Shown here in pieces: positions 28,201-36,719 of a DNA stretch of 64,000 bases (position 1 is the stretch's first letter; every line of letters starts with the position of its first letter). Source of the stretch: Thermoplasmata archaeon (GTDB lineage Archaea; Thermoplasmatota; Thermoplasmata; GCA-020350865); assembly GCA_020348445.1 (NCBI GenBank), contig CP070751.1:2273153-2337152 (forward strand). The letters run 5' to 3'. Below the pieces are notes generated by a model. The model was given only the letters and a program-made list of their open reading frames with translations, searched no databases and had not been told where the DNA came from. The translations under genes were made by a program, and so were the position numbers.

Positions 28201-30773
28201 TCAACGTAATCCTCATTATCGTCGAATGTTCCCGCTCTTCCGAAATTAACTGCGGTGGTGTTTGCATTCCCATAAGCGGTCCCATGATTTGCCTTACCCG
28301 AGTGGTCCTCTACCTCACCTGGAATCCCACTCCATCTTCCTTCATCCATTTTCCAGTACGCGACAAGCCCGGAATCAATGATATCTTCCGGACCCACAAC
28401 CACGTTCTCCTCAATCACATTGTCATTGGAATTTTCAAGAAGGATACCCTCCAGTTCATTATCAAGAAGGGAGTTGGAAATCATCGTGTTATTGTTAGAA
28501 TTCACAAGGTGGATGCCGTTATCGTTGCTAAAGGCCAGGGTATTGTTGACAAGATTGTTTCCATCTGAATGGGAAAGACATATACCGTACACGGAAATTG
28601 TAGCATGATACAAAGCATCAATCTCCCCTTGTGAAAGCGACCGGTTGTAAATCGCAAGCTCGTCCAATGCACCTTTCCAACCGCTAACCCATGACCACCC
28701 GATCCGCAATGGGTCATTCCCTGCATGAATTCCTCCAATATGCGGTTGTGTTCCTCTCAGGATGCCGTTTACGTAGATGCAAATATCCGAGCCGTCGTAC
28801 GTGGCTACAATATGATACCAATTGTATGGTTCCACTGCCTCCGAGCTTACAACTTCCGTATAACCGCTGGCAAATCCATTTGAGCTGACCCAGAAGCGGG
28901 GATATATCCCACTGGGATATAGCAAATCCAGCGCGTAGGCCATCTCACCAAGGTCCCAATTCTGATGTTTGTAAACGATTCCTCGATTCACAGTCACATC
29001 TTCAGGGTAAACCCATGCACTGATGGTAATCTCATCTGTAATATCCAGACTTGCAGAATCGCTCGCTTCGATATACTCGCCATTATCTGTAAAATAACCT
29101 GCCCTTCCGAATCTACCGAATCGGGTCTTTGGTTCGTTTACTGCAGTTCCGTGATTCCCCTGACCCGAATCATCTGTAACCTCATTCTGGGTTGTGTCCC
29201 AGAACCTCTCATCCATCCTCCAGTATCCAACAAGATTGGTTTTATCAATATCCACCAAGCTGTAAACGTTGTTATCCAGGATATCATTGTCATGGGAGTT
29301 TTCCAGATGCACATTATCGTCACCATTTCCCTTTAACGTATTTTGGCTGACATTATTTTCACTGGAATTCACAAGATATATTCCGTTAAGTCTATTGGAA
29401 CCAATTGTATTGTTAATGATATCATTGTATTCGGAGGAATGGAGAATGCAACCCCATTTGTTCAGGCTCACCTCATTTTTGGTAAGGCTGTTGTATGTGG
29501 AATCTTCAATTCTAATACCGCAGCCGGAAAAACGATAAAGACCTGCAATCTCACTTTCGGTTAATGCGGAATCGTAGATTGCAACCTCGTCGATTACACC
29601 CTTGAAATATTGAGTATTGTAATCACTGAATCCTATGAAAAGATCGATTGGAGTTCCCGCTATACTGGCTGACCCGGTGGCCGAATTAACCAAGACACCG
29701 TTCACATACATCCTCAGGGTGGTGCCCTCTTTTTGTGCAACAATATGGTACCATTGATCAGGAGATAATATCGGTCCATAAATATTCGAAATAACAGGGG
29801 TACCATCACCATACTCAAATTGAGGTTGGAAACCAGGTTGCGTCCTGATTCTATAGCCCATGTAGTTACCTGCAAATCCACTGAATTTATGGACTATAGC
29901 GTCATGGTTGTCCTGTGCACCTTCAGGTTTGACCCAAACCGAGATTGTAATATCCGATGTTATATTCAAACTGCTGGATTCGGGAACGCCTACAAAATCG
30001 TTTACTCCGTCGAAGTACCCTGCCCTGCCCATCTTTGCATCGTTTGTGGTATCTGCACTGCCATTTGTAAAGCCATGATTCTCGAAAATTCCAGAATCCC
30101 TCACATCGGAGTTTATTCCTTCCCACCTGCCCTCGTCCATCCTCCAGTTCCCCACAAGTCCTGTTCTGTTAATTCCATCAATTCCCTCAACGATGTTCTC
30201 ATCAATCACATTGCCGTGGGAGTTATCCAGATAGATATTGTCTCCTTTATTTCCCGCAAGGATATTGGAGGCTACCGTGTTATCGCTTGAGTTTACCAGG
30301 CGGATGCCGTATCGACCATTTGAGCGGATGATGTTGTTGGTGATGTTACAATTCTGGACATTATCCAGTTCTATCCCGGAATCAAAGGTGCCGTTTCCGC
30401 CGTTTGTGATGGTAAACCCGGTGATATTCACCCAGTGGGAGATGATATTCACAACATCGCCAGTACCCTGGCCGTTTATGGTGGTATTTGAGGTTCCGTT
30501 TCCGATTATGGTGAGAGTCTTGTTCACTGTAATGCTCTCATTGTACGTACCTGCCCAGACATATATGGTGCCACCCTCAATGGAGTTGTTGATGGCGTCC
30601 TGAATGGTAGGGTAATCACCAGGCACGGTAATGGCTTCTGCATCCTCAACAAAATTATTTATAACAATTAATCCCGTGAACATGGTCCCCAAAAGAAAAA
30701 TAATAAGGATTGTAGACCTGATCTTTTTACTCGTTATGATAGAAAATTCAACTTTCTTATGATTCCCACTCAT
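22254..30773 (-). CDS. Giant (2839 aa) membrane-anchored surface protein: NosD-type beta-helix with four inserted LamG domains, Fn3, two SbsA/Big_5 Ig-like domains, TM and cytoplasmic tail
   Basis: Signal peptide; VPGDYPTIQDAIN beta-helix cap; many GIxLxxSxxNxIxxN rungs; four LVxxW[RK]MDE LamG starts; PSVPQNIQA..IRLTWNAP Fn3; PTIIDKSPTG...FSEEMN Ig domains; C-terminal TM followed by RKKR. Confidence 0.9.
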   Translation of the reverse strand: MSGNHKKVEFSIITSKKIRSTILIIFLLGTMFTGLIVINNFVEDAEAITVPGDYPTIQDAINNSIEGGTIYVWAGTYNESITVNKTLTIIGNGTSNTTINGQGTGDVVNIISHWVNITGFTITNGGNGTFDSGIELDNVQNCNITNNIIRSNGRYGIRLVNSSDNTVASNILAGNKGDNIYLDNSHGNVIDENIVEGIDGINRTGLVGNWRMDEGRWEGINSDVRDSGIFENHGFTNGSADTTNDAKMGRAGYFDGVNDFVGVPESSSLNITSDITISVWVKPEGAQDNHDAIVHKFSGFAGNYMGYRIRTQPGFQPQFEYGDGTPVISNIYGPILSPDQWYHIVAQKEGTTLRMYVNGVLVNSATGSASIAGTPIDLFIGFSDYNTQYFKGVIDEVAIYDSALTESEIAGLYRFSGCGIRIEDSTYNSLTKNEVSLNKWGCILHSSEYNDIINNTIGSNRLNGIYLVNSSENNVSQNTLKGNGDDNVHLENSHDNDILDNNVYSLVDIDKTNLVGYWRMDERFWDTTQNEVTDDSGQGNHGTAVNEPKTRFGRFGRAGYFTDNGEYIEASDSASLDITDEITISAWVYPEDVTVNRGIVYKHQNWDLGEMAYALDLLYPSGIYPRFWVSSNGFASGYTEVVSSEAVEPYNWYHIVATYDGSDICIYVNGILRGTQPHIGGIHAGNDPLRIGWSWVSGWKGALDELAIYNRSLSQGEIDALYHATISVYGICLSHSDGNNLVNNTLAFSNDNGIHLVNSNNNTMISNSLLDNELEGILLENSNDNVIEENVVVGPEDIIDSGLVAYWKMDEGRWSGIPGEVEDHSGKANHGTAYGNANTTAVNFGRAGTFDDNEDYVDVGAGSSLQIGGVGKSFTLEAWTYRESKGTGDIIISHGVEAQNEGLHFGYRVEDTFTFAFWGDDLVTAIPYPDVNEWHHWVGTYDGVTRERRLYRDGILEVSDTSTGAYIGTGPMQIGMYFQGWFFHGKIDEVRIYNYMLLESEVARLYQFPTSGIRIIDSENNEIIHNDVRFNNVGILLDSSKNNTVSNNTVCSNRQSGIYLMSSSENNVTQNILNGNKIDNIHLENSHDNTIQGNNISGRAYIDKNGLVGYWKMDEASWSGAAGEVIDYSGMGNDGRAENGVSTASGKFQRAGDFEASSNNYVTIPTSDSLNITKNITIEAWVKLESYTGTHQTIVYKGYAYNLMINSGNYAQMDVYVNGDWRARWSSTVIPLNQWTHIVGTFNCITGLVRIFVNGVEENGGNQDNPYPSLIALNENPVNFSYNPDYGGRYIDSLIDEVSIYNRSLSEIEIAQRYLTSDYGIRIHDSINSTVINNTVIFNENTAIRLSSSHESSITSNNISENSGIGIRLDASGNNIISGNNITSNNREGIYLDSSNGNTISSSDITMNDRYGIYLDASSNNVISGNNFIRNNLDGICLDHSSKGNTIVNNTALNNYNGIYLNSSGNNTILSNNISWNLIYGIVLFTSSTDNKILDNNISHNDNGILLSLSSNNNTVSGNDVVSNTDEGIYLSNSAGNDILDNNVSDNDWGIFLILWCNNNTISGNNITWNIQSAIHIINKGNDNTISNNKIKNNDIAVYIGNSNNNNITENNISDHRIGINFNSCTGGTISSNNVSLSTQYGIRLESSDGITILNNNVFSNNEGISLEGSNSNLIYHNNFISNTQHGYDDGTNSWNLPYPQGGNHWDDWTTPNDDGDRFVDIPRPITGGINLDHYPWANSSGWTLPSAYPVTNLDTLEVFLSIQEAIDDPDTLDGHTIWVAIGRYYENVIVNKTLNLVGEYRNLTVIDGGGNGHVVIIEANLTTITEFNITNSGGSDAGIYLDHANNCAIYQNIIKSNSRGIHLESSNNDTISYNHISDTLYGIYLSSSNGSTIFRNSISYNGYGIAFWLSSTNNTISGNNITNQSWNAIELHDSNDNIISNNNVFSNYRGIYFHKSSNNIISGNNISWNIYEGIYFTNGCNNNTISGNNITMNRDHGVNLMLFSNDNTISANTITSNKKSGICLSSSNDNIISGNEITSNNRSGIFLYSMSNYNEITNNDILSNTIDGIMIKSSSSNTISQNTIVNNSEFGINISSSSNENIISYNDINNNSYYAVYINSSSSNLIHHNNIANNNGSTSVHDPVNIQGYDDGSNLWDFNSQGNWWMDWTVPDSIAPFGIVDNPYILNGGGQDNFPLVSHVESDPPTISDFQPSQDYVTNNNLITINCSYSDPAGINENSVLLEIDGINVTSSTTVTQSGVSYTPAIELDDGLHTVSLWVMDIFDNLIMISWQFTVDSSPPTPINDLTALNPSFDSINLTWTAPSDNGSIGSASGYIVKYSTTGSITDANWDVSATYVQSWTPQSAGSTEYHIVSGFSHGTRFWFAIKSYDELDNLGSTSNSPNETTLVATPSVPQNIQAESTDSYIRLTWNAPTSSGKSPITNYRIYRGYNPGTETFLEEISNVLFYNDIDVTNGITYYYKVSAKNLEGEGVLSEEKSIVFRSTTDIPPTIIDKSPTGDNIPIVTTITIVFSEEMNHTNSQGAFSISPEIPGTFSWSGNTMIFTLSNNLQYDTQYIINISTNASDLTGNGLISEYSWKFTTESAAGVIHPYALDNSWKPTGTNVPMDTTISISFSEPMNKDDTEDAFSITPAVSGVFTWEGTTLIFTPNAPLTAKTQYNVSISTNAKNLNSISLDDNYNWSFITGETKVKAEGITWETMEPIVTGLTIIASILLFMFGFLSLRKKRGKLRGYLEKIDEIFKEYKDDYMTCEKELISLREEIKGHVKDGKLEENHFLILDKKIDDYLFELKALERDGKASSIEDDLNDVVEIKVDEEEK

Positions 30774-31028
30774 ATTTCATTCCTCCGGCGTTACTGTTTT
30801 ATATCTTTCAATGTTGTAATAGGTTCATTCGCTGTAGGGCCATTCTTTGGACCAGATTCCACCTATACCAGACTTAGATATTAATGCTTTGGTAGTATAT
30901 GATGTTATGCTGAATTCGAAGTCTTCGTTCAAATTCTATTGCAGGTTCACGGCTTGTTAAGGGGTGCTAATCAACGAATAACTGGATTATTTATGAATTA
31001 TTTAATATTTTAGATATTGTAAAATAAA

Positions 31029-31110
31029 TGTCTAAAAAGTGTTCCATAAATCATTAATATGCAGGATTTAATATATTTATAGTCAATAATTTGACTCTCG
31101 GGGGTATTTT
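31029..31110 (+). promoter_or_regulatory. Upstream/promoter region duplicated with the SBBP gene (copy 1)
   Basis: TGTCTAAAAAGTGTTCCATAA (31029-31049) and AATATATTTATAGTCA (31070-31085) are identical in copy 2; AGTCAA-TAAT-TTGACT palindrome follows the TATA-like box. Confidence 0.6.
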
Positions 31111-33825
31111 ATGGGGAAAAACAGTAGGCGACCAGTACTGGTAGGTATAGTATTAATGATATTATTAACGGTGCAAATAGCGCCTTTCTGGGAACCGATA
31201 CACGATAATGTTTCTTTTAAATCGGCCCTAACTGAACCTACAGAGGCAGACTTTGCTTCCCATGCTATTGAAAAATTGGTACCGTCAGAGCCTGAAAAAA
31301 GCCCTGTTGTCCAAGATGAGCATCCGTATTCTGCATCGGATCTTCCAGAAGTGGAACAAAGCTACTTCACAGAGAACCTTGGTCAATGGGAAGACCACAT
31401 AAAGTTCCTTGCACAGACCTCTTTTGGTTATGCAGCATTTGCAGAAGATGGCATTTACTATTATATGGTCCTTGGGGGGGAGGGCCATACCATAAAGATC
31501 ACATTTGAGAATGCCGGGATATCCTTTCCTACTGGACTTGGCGATTGTGGATTCGAAAGTAACTTTTTTTACGGAAATGACCAAACCAAATGGATTTCTG
31601 AAGCAAGAAGTTACAAAGAAGTACTATATGAAAATGTATGGCCAGGCATCGCCATCCTGTATTATTTCAAAGACAAAAATCTCAAGTATGACATAATTGT
31701 AGGTGAACATTCTAATCCCCAAGACATCTCATTTGTCGTAGAAGGACATAAGGAGCTGAATATCGGGGAAAATGGTCTTGAAATATCCATTTCAAAAAAG
31801 GTCCTAATAAGCGATACTGGCCTTGTTGCTTTCTACGAGGACGGGGAATCCGCATCTATACAATTTAAAAAGATCAACGACAACACCTACGGTTTCGATG
31901 TTGACAAAAAGGACGGGAAAAAACTAACAATCGATCCAATTGTATTCTCAAGTTCAACATTCTTGGGCGGTTCGGGATATGACGTGGCAAGGGATATGGA
32001 GTTGGACTCAAATGGCAACATAATAATTCTTGCAGATACATGGTCAGTTGATTTCCCCAACACAACAGGGGCATATCAGACCTATAATGCTGGAGGTATG
32101 GATGTAGTTATCACGAAGATGGATCACAATACCAGCTACATAATATTCTCCACCTATATCGGTGGCGTGACCTGCGATTTCCCCCATGCCTTGGATCTCG
32201 ATGACGAGGGCTATATATATGCCACAGGTGAAACATGGTCCAGGGATTTCCCAACAACTAACGGTACCTTCCAGGAAGAGGCCCCAGCAGGAAGTACAAA
32301 TGTCTTTGTCCTAAAGCTCACATCCTCGGGTAGTGATCTGATATACTCCACATATGTAGGAAGCAGCTATCCCGACTGGGCTACAGACATCGAGATTTTA
32401 AATGGGTATGCCTATGTGGTGGGTTATACCTATTCTTATGATTTCCCTTATGTAGATTATCCAATTAATAATGCCCACGGGACTGTTTTTTTCTTTATCC
32501 TGAACCAGAATGCGTCAAACCTAACGCACACTGCATTTTGGGGTGGATTCCAAAACGAGATGGCATATTCATTGGAAATCGATTTTAATGGAGATATAGT
32601 GGTGGGTGGAACTACAAATTCCATGGATTTTCCCACCACAAAAGGAGTATATCAGGAAAATGCCACAGATTGGAACAACGGATTCCTGCTGAGGTACAGG
32701 CCGTCAACCAGCGAAATGCTATTCTCCACTTACATTGGCGGGAGTGCCCTAGATGAAATTCGTTCAATATATTTGGATGCGAACAGTGATATATACTTCT
32801 CAGGCATCACAAATAACCCTGAGTCTTCTGGACAAATACCATTTCCCACAACTGAAGGGGCATATGATAGAACGTACAACGGAAGCAAGGACGCCTTTAT
32901 TGGAAAGATGTTAAGTGATGGTACAAAGCTGATTTTTTCCACGTTATATGGCAGTCAAGGAGAAGAGACGGTGGGAAGCATCGATGTGGACAGCCAGGGC
33001 AATATTTACTTCATATGTAACCTGAATTCGGACGTGAACTTCACAGTCACACCAGATGCTTTTGATTGCACATTCAATCAGGAGGACGATGTGGTGTTTG
33101 CGGTTCTGAATGCCGATTGCTCAGATGTTCTTTATAGCACCTACCTGGGTGGAAATTTATCAGACTTGGGGGAAACCTGTCTTCTTTCCGGGACAGACGA
33201 AATTCTCCTTTTGGGAACCACAGCCTCCAAGGACTTTCCCTCTACAAATGGATCGTATCAGACAGAAAACGATGGCTCCGGGGTTCTGTTTATCTCCAAA
33301 TTTGTCGTTGGTGACTTTTTATTTTTGCACGAGGGATGGAACCTGATTTCCATACCTCTTGTTCAACAGGATGACAGTCTCACAAAAGTCCTTGGATCAA
33401 TTTCCGGATGCTATGATGCAGTTCAATGGTATGATCCAACTGATACAAGAGATTCCTGGAAGCACCACAAAGTGGGAAAACCTTATGGTAACGACCTGTT
33501 TAATTTAAATGAAAAAATGGGTTTCTGGATCCATATAACACAATCTGGAGGCACACTATTCAATTATACTGGCATTCGCCCCTCGATGAATCAAATAATT
33601 TCCCTTCGTCAAGGCTGGAACCTTGTAGGTTACCCCTCTGAAACTGTGTACAATCGAATCCAAGGATTGAACATAATCGATTTTGGCATCGAAGTGGATA
33701 TGATAATCTGGTTCAACGCAAATTCCCAAACCTGGCATAAGATGGGTTCTGAAGATTATTTTGTGTTCGGCAGGGGTTATTATATCCATGCAAAAAGCGA
33801 ATGTGATTGGGAAGTTCCTTTGTGA
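31111..33825 (+). CDS. Exported SBBP beta-propeller protein (DUF7948-like N-domain) with C-terminal twin-GWN domain, paralog 1
   Basis: FTENLGQW, YENVWPGI..KYD, LTIDP, repeated STY[IL]GG..D SBBP blades, GWNLISIP...GWNLVGYP tail; no C-terminal TM. Confidence 0.85.
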   Translation: MGKNSRRPVLVGIVLMILLTVQIAPFWEPIHDNVSFKSALTEPTEADFASHAIEKLVPSEPEKSPVVQDEHPYSASDLPEVEQSYFTENLGQWEDHIKFLAQTSFGYAAFAEDGIYYYMVLGGEGHTIKITFENAGISFPTGLGDCGFESNFFYGNDQTKWISEARSYKEVLYENVWPGIAILYYFKDKNLKYDIIVGEHSNPQDISFVVEGHKELNIGENGLEISISKKVLISDTGLVAFYEDGESASIQFKKINDNTYGFDVDKKDGKKLTIDPIVFSSSTFLGGSGYDVARDMELDSNGNIIILADTWSVDFPNTTGAYQTYNAGGMDVVITKMDHNTSYIIFSTYIGGVTCDFPHALDLDDEGYIYATGETWSRDFPTTNGTFQEEAPAGSTNVFVLKLTSSGSDLIYSTYVGSSYPDWATDIEILNGYAYVVGYTYSYDFPYVDYPINNAHGTVFFFILNQNASNLTHTAFWGGFQNEMAYSLEIDFNGDIVVGGTTNSMDFPTTKGVYQENATDWNNGFLLRYRPSTSEMLFSTYIGGSALDEIRSIYLDANSDIYFSGITNNPESSGQIPFPTTEGAYDRTYNGSKDAFIGKMLSDGTKLIFSTLYGSQGEETVGSIDVDSQGNIYFICNLNSDVNFTVTPDAFDCTFNQEDDVVFAVLNADCSDVLYSTYLGGNLSDLGETCLLSGTDEILLLGTTASKDFPSTNGSYQTENDGSGVLFISKFVVGDFLFLHEGWNLISIPLVQQDDSLTKVLGSISGCYDAVQWYDPTDTRDSWKHHKVGKPYGNDLFNLNEKMGFWIHITQSGGTLFNYTGIRPSMNQIISLRQGWNLVGYPSETVYNRIQGLNIIDFGIEVDMIIWFNANSQTWHKMGSEDYFVFGRGYYIHAKSECDWEVPL

Positions 33826-33856
33826 TTCGCATTTGATGGTTATTTTGAAAATGAAG

Positions 33857-33936
33857 TGTCTAAAAAGTGTTCCATAATCCTTTAATACCTAGAGTTGAAT
33901 ATATTTATAGTCATAAATGACGCTCGGGGGTTTTTT
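33857..33936 (+). promoter_or_regulatory. Duplicated upstream/promoter region (copy 2)
   Basis: Same 21-bp and 16-bp blocks at 33857 and 33898 (offset 2828 bp); GTCAT-AA-ATGAC palindrome in place of the copy-1 palindrome. Confidence 0.6.
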
Positions 33937-36657
33937 ATGGGGAAAAACAGTAGGCGAACAGTACTGACAAGTATAGTATTAATGATATTATTAACAGTGC
34001 AAATTGCGCCTTTCTGGGAACCGATATACGATGATGTTACTTTTAATTCGGCCCTAACTAAAACTACAGAAACAGAAGTCAATGACTTTGCTTTTGACAA
34101 ATCGGATTTGTCAGAGCTTGAAAAAATCCCTGTTGTCCAAAATGAGTATCTGCATTCTGCATTTGATATTCCTGAGATGGACGGCGGCTACTTCACAGAG
34201 AACCTTGGTCAATGGGAAGACCACATACACTTTCTTGCCCAGAGTTCCTTTGGTTATGTTGGACTAGGCAATGATAAAGTATTCTATTATTTAGTCCAAG
34301 AAAAAAACTGTCATGTCATCACTGTCAGCTTCCATAATGCTGATGGTACTAATCCTGTTGGCGGAAGAGATGCTGGATTCGACAGTAACTATTTTTACGG
34401 AAATGACCAAACCAAATGGATTACAGAAGCAAGAAGTTTCAAAGAGGTCCTATATGAAAATGTATGGCCAGGCATCGACATCCTGTATTATTTCAAGAAC
34501 AAAGATCTCAAGTATGACATCATTGTGGGTGAAAACTCTGAGCCCAAGGACATCTCAATAACCATCGAGGGTCATACCGGCCTTAACATACAAGAGGACG
34601 AACTTGAGATATTTGTTTCGGATGGAGTATTATTAAGTGACAAGGACCTTGTAGCTTTCTACGAAGATGGTGAGACCACACCCATACAGTTCAAAAAATT
34701 CAACGACAACACATATGGTTTCACTGTAGAAAAAATTGATGGAAGGGTACTGACAATCGATCCATTTGTACTTTCCACCTCGACATTTTTCGGAGGATCA
34801 AGTTCTGATTCGGCAAGGGATGTGGCAGTTGATGGGAGCAATAACATAATAATCTTGGGGGATTCTTATTCAGAGGATTTCCCCAACACAACTGGAGCCT
34901 ATCAGAATTACAATGCTGGAGCAGGCGATATCGTAATCACAAAGATGAATCATAATGCCAGCGAACTGATATTCTCCACATACATCGGTGACTGGGGAGG
35001 GGACATCCCCAAGGGTATAGAAGTTGATGACAATGGTGATATTTATGTGGCAGGTACCACATGGGCATGGAATTTCCCAACGACCTTAGGTGCCTTTCAG
35101 GAATCTGACCCTTCAGGTACATATCCCGATGTTATAGTCTTCAAACTTTCTGCTCAAGGTAGTGACCTGTTGTACTCAACATATGTTGGCGGTACTCAGA
35201 GCGATGGGGCATATGACATAAAAGTCAAGGATTATAATGCCTATATCGTGGGAAATACACTTTCCTATGATTTCCCCACAGTGGGGCCTCCTGTTGGGGA
35301 TCCCCACGGTACAGTTCTATTCTTCATATTGAATAATGAAGGCTCAAGACTTCTGAATTCGGCATTCTGGGGAGGACTCAACAACGAGTTTGGATATTCC
35401 ATTGCCATTGATTCAAATGGCGATGTTGTCGTGGGTGGAGGCTCCAGTTCCATGGATTTCCCAACCACATCTGGAGCATATCAAGAAACAGTAAATGACT
35501 TGAGCAATGGCTTTGTTTTAAAATATCGTCCATCAACTAATGAGACAGTATTCTCCACGTTCATTGGCGGGGATGCTGGCGAAAATGTTATTTCTGTAAA
35601 TGTCGACGAAGAGAATTATATCTATTTCACAGGGACAACAGGTAATCCAGGTGAAGAGATGATACCGTATCCCACAACACCAGGTGCCTTCGACAGGACA
35701 ATTAACGGAAACAGGGACGCATTCATCACAAAGATGGACCCAAATGGCACCATGTTGATTTATTCCACTTTCATAGGAAGTGATGGTCTTGAGGAGGTCG
35801 GTAGAATTGATGTTGATTGCGAGGGGAAGGTTATACTGACGGGTTCAATTGATTCGGATGTGAACTTTACTGTAACTCCAAATTGTTTTGATGATTCCTA
35901 TAATGGAGAGGAGGATGCAATCGTAGTAATTCTGAATTCTGATGGCTCAGATCTCATATATTCCTCTTTTTTGGGAGGGAACGAGTCAGATAAGGGATTT
36001 GTGTGCTTCCTAAGAGATTCAAATGAACTCCTCGTTTTGGGCATGGCAGTCTCTTTGGACTTTCCTGTGACCTATGGAGCCTACCAGACTGAAAACAAAG
36101 GTTATGGTGACATTTTCCTAACAATCTTCAGTATCGGAAATTACACGTTCTTGCATAATGGCTGGAACCTGATCTCGATCCCCATGATTCAGCAGAACAC
36201 AAATCTTGGCGTCGTATTGTCATCAATAAGTGGATATTACGATGCCATCCAGTGGTACGATGCAAGCGCCACATTGGATCCATGGAAACACCACCAGATT
36301 TCAAAACCCTTTAATCTGAACGACCTAAATGACATCGAACACAAGATGGGATTCTGGATACATATAACAAAACCCGGTGGCGTCCTTTTTGAATACCTCG
36401 GCACACACCCAACTGAGAATCAAATGATTACTCTTTATCCAGGTTGGAACATGGTGGGCTATCCATCCCTTACAAACTACAACATAACAGAGGGATTGAA
36501 TAAACTCACCTTCTCAACAGATGTTGATGCAATCATTACCTATAACGCTGCTGCGCAAAGATGGGAACGGCTTGGAGAGTCTGATTACTTCCAAATCGGA
36601 AAGGGGTATTACATCCATGCAAAATCTGAATATGTTTGGGAAGTTCCCTTTGAATAA
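33937..36657 (+). CDS. Exported SBBP beta-propeller protein with twin-GWN domain, paralog 2
   Basis: Collinear with 31111..33825 (MGKNSRR start, FTENLGQWEDHI.FLAQ.SFGY); ATG 33937 chosen by homology to paralog 1. Confidence 0.85.
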   Translation: MGKNSRRTVLTSIVLMILLTVQIAPFWEPIYDDVTFNSALTKTTETEVNDFAFDKSDLSELEKIPVVQNEYLHSAFDIPEMDGGYFTENLGQWEDHIHFLAQSSFGYVGLGNDKVFYYLVQEKNCHVITVSFHNADGTNPVGGRDAGFDSNYFYGNDQTKWITEARSFKEVLYENVWPGIDILYYFKNKDLKYDIIVGENSEPKDISITIEGHTGLNIQEDELEIFVSDGVLLSDKDLVAFYEDGETTPIQFKKFNDNTYGFTVEKIDGRVLTIDPFVLSTSTFFGGSSSDSARDVAVDGSNNIIILGDSYSEDFPNTTGAYQNYNAGAGDIVITKMNHNASELIFSTYIGDWGGDIPKGIEVDDNGDIYVAGTTWAWNFPTTLGAFQESDPSGTYPDVIVFKLSAQGSDLLYSTYVGGTQSDGAYDIKVKDYNAYIVGNTLSYDFPTVGPPVGDPHGTVLFFILNNEGSRLLNSAFWGGLNNEFGYSIAIDSNGDVVVGGGSSSMDFPTTSGAYQETVNDLSNGFVLKYRPSTNETVFSTFIGGDAGENVISVNVDEENYIYFTGTTGNPGEEMIPYPTTPGAFDRTINGNRDAFITKMDPNGTMLIYSTFIGSDGLEEVGRIDVDCEGKVILTGSIDSDVNFTVTPNCFDDSYNGEEDAIVVILNSDGSDLIYSSFLGGNESDKGFVCFLRDSNELLVLGMAVSLDFPVTYGAYQTENKGYGDIFLTIFSIGNYTFLHNGWNLISIPMIQQNTNLGVVLSSISGYYDAIQWYDASATLDPWKHHQISKPFNLNDLNDIEHKMGFWIHITKPGGVLFEYLGTHPTENQMITLYPGWNMVGYPSLTNYNITEGLNKLTFSTDVDAIITYNAAAQRWERLGESDYFQIGKGYYIHAKSEYVWEVPFE

Positions 36658-36719
36658 TAATTATTGTAGAAAAATATATTAGTAAAGGGAGCATGTAACC
36701 CAAAGGTGAGGGGCAAATT

